DNA from: Gammaproteobacteria bacterium
GTDB taxonomy: Bacteria > Pseudomonadota > Gammaproteobacteria > Eutrophobiales > Eutrophobiaceae
Assembly (NCBI GenBank): GCA_028279365.1
Contig: JANQNX010000009.1
Span: forward strand, 22,036-86,035
Length of the DNA: 64,000 nt
Direction: 5' to 3'
The notes below the pieces were generated by a model. The model saw only the letters and a program-made list of their open reading frames with translations, was not told the DNA's origin and ran no database searches. Shown piece by piece: positions 57,388-64,000 of the stretch (positions are counted from its first letter, which is position 1; every line of letters starts with the position of its first letter). Both the position numbers and the translations under genes were made by a program.

Positions 57388-59430
57388 ATGACTGATAACC
57401 CATTAATCAATTGCGAGGGGCTGCCGCATTTTGGCCGCATCAAACCCGAACATATCGAACCGGCGATTACGCAACTGCTCAATGATAACCTGCAGCAAGT
57501 TGATCAATTGCTTGAGAGCAATACCGATTACAGTTGGGATAATTTGTTACAACTATTGGAAGACATGGACGACAAGCTGGGACGAGCCTGGTCACCAGTA
57601 AGCCATCTGCACTCGGTAGCCGATAACGACGCATTGCGTGAGGCATATAATAATTGCTTGCCCAAGCTCTCTGACTATTCCACCAAAATGGGTCAGAACA
57701 AGGCCTTGTTTAAAGCTTATCAGCACATTGCCGCGCAGGACAATTTCAATGACCTGACTGCGGCTCAGCAAAAAATCATTAACAACGCACTGCGCGACTT
57801 TAAATTATCAGGCATTGATTTGAATAGCGAAGACCAGGCACGCTATGGTGCCATCCAACAGCAGTTATCCAAATTACAAACCAGCTTTGAGGAGAACCTG
57901 CTGGATGCGACCCATGCCTGGAAAAAATTGATTACCGATAAAACCGAATTATCAGGCTTGCCTGAATCAGCGTTGGCGCTGGCCGCCCAGGCTGCAAGCA
58001 ATGAAGGCAAACAAGGCTGGTTACTGACGCTAGACATCCCTTCTTATATGCCGGTTATGCAATACGCCGATGATGCAGAACTGCGCCGCGAAATGTATGA
58101 GGCCTATGTTACTCGGGCATCTGACTCTGGACCCAATGCCGGCCAGTGGGATAACAGCAACAATATGCTTGAAATATTGAAGTTGCGTACAGAAAAAGCC
58201 AGGCTGCTTGGTTATCACAGCTATGCCCATTATTCACTTGCCACAAAAATGGCAGATACACCGGAACAGGTGCTTGAGTTCTTAAACGATCTTGCTGCCC
58301 GCAGTAAAGCCTCTGCTAAAGCAGAGTTTGATGAGTTGGCTGAGTACGCAAAGCAAACGGCAGGCAAAGATAAGCTTGAAGCCTGGGATGTCGCCTATTT
58401 TTCAGAGAAATTGCGCCAGGAAAAATTTGATATTTCCCAGGAACAACTGCGACCTTACTTCCCTGTCAACCAGGTATTGGAAGGACTGTTTGCCATCACC
58501 GAAAAACTCTATGGCGTCAACATCACTGAACGCAAAAACGTCGAGACCTGGCATGAGGATGTCTCGTTTTATGACATCCTCGATCAAAACGGAGAAATTC
58601 GTGGCAGCTTCTATCTGGATCTGTATGCGCGCCAACATAAACGCGGCGGAGCCTGGATGGATGAGTGCCTGGTCAGGAAGAAAAGCGGCGATAAAATACA
58701 AACGCCGGTCGCCTACCTGACATGTAATTTCACCCCACCCATCGGCAATCAAGCCTCACTGATCACCCATGATGAGGTTACCACGCTGTTTCATGAGTTT
58801 GGTCATGGCCTACATCATATGATGACACGGATTGAATACAGTGGCGTCTCCGGCATCAATGGCGTGCCCTGGGATGCAGTGGAATTACCCAGTCAATTTA
58901 TGGAGAACTGGTGCTGGGAAAGAGAGGCGCTGGATTTATTTGCCCGTCATATTGATAGTGGCTTGAACATTGATGAGGACATGTTTCAAAAAATGACACG
59001 CGCCCGAACTTTTCAATCAAGCATGCAGATGCTCAGACAACTGGAATTTGCATTGTTTGATTTTCGTTTACACCTTGAGTTTGCCGACAAGTCGACATTA
59101 GATATTCAGGCGTTACTAAACGATGTGCGTAAGCAGGTAACCGTTGTACCCACTCCTGACTTTAATCGTTTCCAACACAGTTTTGCCCATATCTTTGCAG
59201 GTGGTTATGCAGCTGGTTACTATAGCTATAAATGGGCTGAGGTATTGTCGGCAGATGCATTCTCCAAATTCGAGGAAAACGGTATTTTTGACCAGGCCAC
59301 AGGCAGACAATTTCTATCCACCATACTGGAACAGGGTGGCAGTCGCGAACCGTTGGATTTATTTGTTGAGTTCCGCGGACGCGAACCGAGTATCGAACCA
59401 TTATTAAGACATTCCGGGATCGCAGCCTGA
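57388..59430 (+). CDS. prlC: Oligopeptidase A (M3 family)
   Basis: KRGGAWM, TLFHEFGHGLHH, WDAVELPSQFMENW, GGYAAGYYSYKWAE. Confidence 0.97.
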   Translation: MTDNPLINCEGLPHFGRIKPEHIEPAITQLLNDNLQQVDQLLESNTDYSWDNLLQLLEDMDDKLGRAWSPVSHLHSVADNDALREAYNNCLPKLSDYSTKMGQNKALFKAYQHIAAQDNFNDLTAAQQKIINNALRDFKLSGIDLNSEDQARYGAIQQQLSKLQTSFEENLLDATHAWKKLITDKTELSGLPESALALAAQAASNEGKQGWLLTLDIPSYMPVMQYADDAELRREMYEAYVTRASDSGPNAGQWDNSNNMLEILKLRTEKARLLGYHSYAHYSLATKMADTPEQVLEFLNDLAARSKASAKAEFDELAEYAKQTAGKDKLEAWDVAYFSEKLRQEKFDISQEQLRPYFPVNQVLEGLFAITEKLYGVNITERKNVETWHEDVSFYDILDQNGEIRGSFYLDLYARQHKRGGAWMDECLVRKKSGDKIQTPVAYLTCNFTPPIGNQASLITHDEVTTLFHEFGHGLHHMMTRIEYSGVSGINGVPWDAVELPSQFMENWCWEREALDLFARHIDSGLNIDEDMFQKMTRARTFQSSMQMLRQLEFALFDFRLHLEFADKSTLDIQALLNDVRKQVTVVPTPDFNRFQHSFAHIFAGGYAAGYYSYKWAEVLSADAFSKFEENGIFDQATGRQFLSTILEQGGSREPLDLFVEFRGREPSIEPLLRHSGIAA

Positions 59431-59433
59431 GAT

Positions 59434-60147
59434 ATGCAAAACCAAATCACACGTTGTCTGATTTTTCTGATGTTCAGTTTGAGCCTGTCATCTGTTTATG
59501 CCGAGACAAACTATGTGGTCGATGAACTTAAGGTTGGCTTACACCAATCACAATCAACAGACAGCCCTATCCTGGTGTTAATACCCAGTGGTGCAGCCGT
59601 TACCATACTCGAACGCGATAGTGATCTGGTTAAAGTCACCGAGTCCGGCGGAAAAACCGGCTGGCTACATACTCGTTACCTGACTGAAACCAAACCCGGA
59701 CGTGCACTGACCAGCCAGCTGCAAAAAGAAAACGCACAATTGAAAAAAGATATTGAGCTGATGCGAGCAAGATTAAATGCGGATAATGCTAACCCGGAAA
59801 CAAATAATGACAGCGGTAATCTTGAACAGCAATTAAATACCGAGCGTATCAAGGTAGGAGAACTGCAGGCACAGCTGGCGGAAATCAAGGCGAATATCCC
59901 ATCGATGCAAAACCCTGATGGGCTGCTGCAGAAAATCGAGCAACTGAAACAAGCTAATGCGGCTCTGGTTAATCAAATGGAATCAGCCGGCATGCAGATT
60001 GATAGCGATAATACACATAATGATTCAACGATGACGATGAAAGCCCAACTGATTGTCGCTACCGTACTCTTTATCATCGGCATGCTGGCAGGTGGGTTTA
60101 TTCTCGATTATTTTAACCGCCGTCGCCACGGCGGCTTTCGTGTATAA
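59434..60147 (+). CDS. SH3 domain protein with coiled-coil and C-terminal TM (YgiM-like)
   Basis: Signal peptide, YVVDEL, GKTGWL, coiled-coil, TM followed by RRRHGG. Confidence 0.82.
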   Translation: MQNQITRCLIFLMFSLSLSSVYAETNYVVDELKVGLHQSQSTDSPILVLIPSGAAVTILERDSDLVKVTESGGKTGWLHTRYLTETKPGRALTSQLQKENAQLKKDIELMRARLNADNANPETNNDSGNLEQQLNTERIKVGELQAQLAEIKANIPSMQNPDGLLQKIEQLKQANAALVNQMESAGMQIDSDNTHNDSTMTMKAQLIVATVLFIIGMLAGGFILDYFNRRRHGGFRV

Positions 60148-60171
60148 CACTTCACAACTTCATCCTCTGGC

Positions 60172-60942
60172 ATGTTTAAGATAGCAACCTGGAATGTGAA
60201 CTCGTTAAAAGTGCGATTGCCACATGTGCTGGACTGGCTGACATCAGAACAGCCTGATGTATTGGCCCTGCAAGAAACCAAAACGATTGATGAAAACTTT
60301 CCAGCGGCAGAGATTAACGAGGCTGGCTACGAAGTCAGCTATGTTGGCCAGAAAACCTATAACGGTGTCGCGACACTGAGTAAAAACCCGCTAAATACGA
60401 TTGCCACGGCACTACCTGATTACGATGACGAGCAGCGTCGCGTGATGGCAACCGAGCATGCAGGTCTGATCGTGTTGAACCTCTACGTACCCAATGGATC
60501 CGAGGTCGGCTCCGAAAAATATCAGTATAAACTGCAATGGTTTTCAAAATTGCACCCTTTTGTCGAACAGCTTTTAACTAAAAACCATAAGGTCTTGATT
60601 GTGGGTGACTTTAACATCGCACCGGAAGATCGCGACGTGCATGATCCCGAAGCCTGGCAGGGTTCAGTGTTGGTCAGTGATGCAGAACGAGATGAGTTTA
60701 ATAAACTGATTAAAACCGGCTTTACTGACTGTTATCGCCAGTTTGAGCAAGAGGAAAATACATTTTCATGGTGGGATTATCGCGCTGCTGCATTCAGGCG
60801 AAACCGTGGTCTGCGCATTGATCATATTCTGGCATCCCAAGCCTTGGTAACAAAATGTAAACAATGCTACATCGACAAGGCACCGAGAAAACTCGAGAGG
60901 CCCTCTGATCACACACCGGTTGTGGCAGAATTTGATATTTAG
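60172..60942 (+). CDS. xthA: Exodeoxyribonuclease III
   Basis: ATWNVNS, LQETK, YNGVA, YVPNG, GDFNIAP, RIDH, SDH. Confidence 0.96.
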   Translation: MFKIATWNVNSLKVRLPHVLDWLTSEQPDVLALQETKTIDENFPAAEINEAGYEVSYVGQKTYNGVATLSKNPLNTIATALPDYDDEQRRVMATEHAGLIVLNLYVPNGSEVGSEKYQYKLQWFSKLHPFVEQLLTKNHKVLIVGDFNIAPEDRDVHDPEAWQGSVLVSDAERDEFNKLIKTGFTDCYRQFEQEENTFSWWDYRAAAFRRNRGLRIDHILASQALVTKCKQCYIDKAPRKLERPSDHTPVVAEFDI

Positions 60943-60998
60943 CGATACAGTAAAGTTTGTTGAATTGTTGACGACAGAATAAATAAGGCTAACTCAGC

Positions 60999-61364
60999 AT
61001 GACAGAAAAAAGCGAACAAACTGTTTTTGATTTTGACGAATGGGTCGAACTGGCCAAGAACGACCCCGATGCGTTCGAACAGAAACGACAAGACGCCATA
61101 GGGCTGTTACTGGAGAATGCACCAGCTAAAAGCAAGCGGCGCATGCAAGGGCTGCAGTGGCAAATTGATCAAGTCCGGATCACCTCAAGTACGCCCATGT
61201 CATCCTGTATCAAAATTTCACAAATGATGTGGGAAAGCGCCGTGGGCGAGTCCGGATTAGTTGATAATATCGAGCAACTTCGCCAAAACAAGCCGGCGCA
61301 AACACCCGCTGCTAAAGCAGACATCATTGATCTGTCCCAAAAACGGGAAAATAATACCGATTAA
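60999..61364 (+). CDS. DUF3135 family protein
   Basis: FDFDEWVELAKNDPDAFE...RRMQGLQWQID. Confidence 0.82.
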   Translation: MTEKSEQTVFDFDEWVELAKNDPDAFEQKRQDAIGLLLENAPAKSKRRMQGLQWQIDQVRITSSTPMSSCIKISQMMWESAVGESGLVDNIEQLRQNKPAQTPAAKADIIDLSQKRENNTD

Positions 61365-61443
61365 GCCCAACATATTGCGAAACCGGGCTGATTCAAATAG
61401 AATCCACGCCCCGGCAAATTAACAACCTTTTTAGGTATTTGAA

Positions 61444-61650
61444 ATGAAAGCTAATATCCATCCTGATTATCAAGAAGTGAACGTAAAATGCAGCTGTGGC
61501 AATACGTTTACTACGCGTTCCACGCATGGCAAAGACCTGCTGCTGGACGTTTGTTCTGAATGTCACCCGTTCTATACCGGGAAGCAGAAAATGCTTGATA
61601 CTGGTGGCAGGGTCGATCGTTTCCGTAAAAAATACGGTATGTCTTCCTGA
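61444..61650 (+). CDS. rpmE: 50S ribosomal protein L31 (zinc-binding type A)
   Basis: [25 protein letters not shown]; promoter-like TTGCGA-N17-TAGAAT at 61375-61403. Confidence 0.97.
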   Translation: MKANIHPDYQEVNVKCSCGNTFTTRSTHGKDLLLDVCSECHPFYTGKQKMLDTGGRVDRFRKKYGMSS

Positions 61651-61667
61651 TTCGGTACTCTATACCC

Positions 61668-62465
61668 ATGGTTTCCAGAAAAGACGCCCTTACAGGGCGT
61701 TTTTTTATTTTCGTCTCGTCAATATTTATCGCTTGCGCCAATCTGTCTCTGGCTAAAGCAGAGCAATGCAATACCAGCGATTTCGATGATCGCGTCATCA
61801 TCAAACAGGTCATCGACGGCGACACGGTTATCACTGCTGCCGGTGAACACGTTCGTCTAATTGGCATTAATACCCCGGAGATTAAGCATGATGGTTCACC
61901 CTCAGAAGCCGGTGCCGTCATTGCGAAACAACGCCTGCACCAGCTAATCAATCAACAACCGGCCGGTTTAAGGTACGGCGAAGAAAAACGCGATAAATAC
62001 GGTCGAGTGTTGGCGCACCTTTTCTCTACCTCGGGCGATAATCTTCAGGCAAAACTCCTCAGCAAAGGATTAGCCATGCCGCTCAACATTCCGCCCAATG
62101 TCGCTCTTGCCAATTGCTATGCCAGCGCCAGTCTGTCGGCCCGAAATAATAAGCTGGGTCTTTGGGCGCTGAGACAATATCAACCAGTACCAGTCCAACA
62201 CTTAACCAATAAATCTCGAGGATTTCGTATTATTCAGGGCAAAGTAATAAGTGTATCTAAAAGCCGAAGCAGCACCTGGATTAACCTGGAAAATAATGTC
62301 GCAATCAGGCTGGTCAATGAAGACCTGCCATTTTTTACTGAGTTGGATATTAACCAGTTAGTGAACACCACGATCGAGGCCAGAGGCTGGTTGTATCGAC
62401 GCAACAAGCAACTGAGAATGCGCCTGCGTCATCCACTTGATATTGCTATTATTCAGCCTGAATAG
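61668..62465 (+). CDS. Exported thermonuclease (SNase) family protein
   Basis: VIDGDT, VRLIGINTPE, RDKYGRVLAH, A.....GLW; start uncertain because it overlaps the terminator. Confidence 0.88.
   Translation: MVSRKDALTGRFFIFVSSIFIACANLSLAKAEQCNTSDFDDRVIIKQVIDGDTVITAAGEHVRLIGINTPEIKHDGSPSEAGAVIAKQRLHQLINQQPAGLRYGEEKRDKYGRVLAHLFSTSGDNLQAKLLSKGLAMPLNIPPNVALANCYASASLSARNNKLGLWALRQYQPVPVQHLTNKSRGFRIIQGKVISVSKSRSSTWINLENNVAIRLVNEDLPFFTELDINQLVNTTIEARGWLYRRNKQLRMRLRHPLDIAIIQPE
61680..61706 (+). terminator. rpmE terminator
   Basis: GACGCCCT-TAC-AGGGCGTT followed by a T run. Confidence 0.8.
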
Positions 62466-62499
62466 GGCATCTTTTCCAATAATCAGAGTCTCAATCATC

Positions 62500-63966
62500 A
62501 TGTTAAATCGTACTTACCTTTATGCACTTCTTTTCATCGTTTCCTTGTCCGTTGGCTGCGCCGTCAACCCTGTCACCGGTAAACAGGACCTGGTATTACT
62601 CTCTGAACAAGATGAAATTGCGCTGGGTAATCGAACCAACCAGGAAGTCCTTAACCAGTACATTGTTTATGATGATCCGGCCTTACAACAATACGTCCAG
62701 CGCATTGGCAACAAGCTGGCGCAAAAAAGTCACCGCAATAATTTAACGTATCAATTTACCGTTTTGGACAGCCAGGAGGTCAATGCCTTTGCCTTACCGG
62801 GCGGCTATATTTATATCACTCGCGGACTGATGGCTTATTTGAAATCAGAGGCGGAACTGGCAGCTGTCCTCGGCCATGAGATTGGGCATGTCACCGCGCG
62901 GCATTCAGTTCGACAATACAGTGCCAACCAGATTACTAACATCGGTGTTGCCCTCGGTTCAGTTTTTATACCCGGCATGAATCAGGCAAGCAATCAACTT
63001 GCACAACTATTTGGCGCGGCATTACTGCGAGGCTATGGCAGGGAACATGAGCTTGAGGCAGATCGACTTGGCGCGGAATACCTGGCACGAACCAACTATA
63101 ATCCTGAAGCCATGCTTGATGTGATCGCTGTATTAAAGGATCAGGAAGTATTTGAACGTGAACTGGCGAAAGCAGAAGGACGGGAACCCCGAACTTACCA
63201 CGGTGTATTCTCTACCCACCCTGATAATGATACCCGCCTGCAGGAAGTGATCGGTACAGCAAAATCGTTATCAAACGAAGGCTCTGTCAATTTTGTCGGT
63301 ACTGATGAATACCTGACTCTCGTCGATAATATGGTGTTTGGAGACAGTCCGAAAGAAGGGATTATCAGGGGTAATAATTTCTATCATGAAGAACTGGGCC
63401 TGACGATGCGCTTTCCTGAAAACTGGCGCGTCTCGAACCAAGCTGACCGGATTATGCTGGCAGCGCCGGGTGGGGGTGCAATCATCCAAATCACGACTGA
63501 GGCCATCGAGAAAAAATTTTCTCCCAGAAACTTCATGATACAACGCCTGGGCCTGACAAATCTTAGCAAGGAAGAGTCTTTATCTATTAATGGCTTACAA
63601 GCCCATACCGGCATATCAGTTATCAATACAGAACGGGGGACGATACCGGCAAGATTTGTCGTGATTTATTTTAATCAAAGCGCTTACATTTTTGCCGGCA
63701 TGGCGCAAAACGCCAATCAACTTAACCAAGTTGACCCCAGCATACTGGAGACCGCGAAAAGCTTTCATCAAATTACTGAAGAGGAACGCGCTTTGGCACA
63801 ACCGTTCAGGCTGGATGTCATCCGGGCTGACGCAAATACGCGTTTCAAAAAACTGGCCCAACAGTCCCCATTGAAAAACCATGCCGAATCCCAGCTACGG
63901 CTGTTAAACGGAAAATACCCAAATGGTGAACCGAGCTCAGGCCAGTCAATCAAGGTAATAAAATAG
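62500..63966 (+). CDS. M48 family metalloprotease lipoprotein
   Basis: Lipobox SVGC, NAFALPGG, HEIGH, ELEAD, STHP; ATG at 62500 preferred. Confidence 0.9.
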   Translation: MLNRTYLYALLFIVSLSVGCAVNPVTGKQDLVLLSEQDEIALGNRTNQEVLNQYIVYDDPALQQYVQRIGNKLAQKSHRNNLTYQFTVLDSQEVNAFALPGGYIYITRGLMAYLKSEAELAAVLGHEIGHVTARHSVRQYSANQITNIGVALGSVFIPGMNQASNQLAQLFGAALLRGYGREHELEADRLGAEYLARTNYNPEAMLDVIAVLKDQEVFERELAKAEGREPRTYHGVFSTHPDNDTRLQEVIGTAKSLSNEGSVNFVGTDEYLTLVDNMVFGDSPKEGIIRGNNFYHEELGLTMRFPENWRVSNQADRIMLAAPGGGAIIQITTEAIEKKFSPRNFMIQRLGLTNLSKEESLSINGLQAHTGISVINTERGTIPARFVVIYFNQSAYIFAGMAQNANQLNQVDPSILETAKSFHQITEEERALAQPFRLDVIRADANTRFKKLAQQSPLKNHAESQLRLLNGKYPNGEPSSGQSIKVIK

Positions 63967-64000
63967 ACTTTACCCCCCACGAATCTGAGGCTGATATTTT

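Noticed and set aside
1-64000. Prophage, IS elements, integrase, defence systems, and the many antisense ORFs in the track
   Set aside because: No transposase, integrase, phage or defence motifs seen; the overlapping ORFs are shadows of well-supported genes

Overview
A 64 kb chromosomal window from a moderately AT-rich gammaproteobacterium. It is mostly core genes: bcp, PIN-PhoH, queG, rpe-gph-trpEGDC, ychF/pth/rplY/prs/tRNA-Gln/ispE/lolB/TPR, hemA-prfA-prmC-moeB, nhaA, dgkA, tpx, gcvH, bfd/bfr, lemA, prlC, xthA and rpmE. I found no prophage, IS element or CRISPR array. Points of interest: (1) a tightly coupled 9-gene membrane-lipid modification operon (9913-17630; desaturase, UfaD-, UfaO- and UfaM-like genes, a second methyltransferase and DUF2878/1295/1475) directly behind a ColR/ColS-like two-component system, with matching TTCAC-N6-(T/A)TCAC boxes ahead of both the operon and the regulator; (2) four unannotated intergenic ncRNA candidates: a sigma54/NtrC/IHF-driven ~80 nt RNA (4974-5056), a ~290 nt RNA divergent from a LysR gene with 10-nt AAAUAAG repeats (43275-43567), and two convergent structured RNAs between gcvH and bfd, one with AACAAGCUA repeats and one behind a Fur-like box; (3) an lpxR-family gene that appears to start at ACG overlapping the dgkA stop; (4) a 55-aa Cys-rich ORF missed by the ORF track; (5) a decayed class II glutamine amidotransferase pseudogene. 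All family calls come from motif recognition by eye; no database searches were run.
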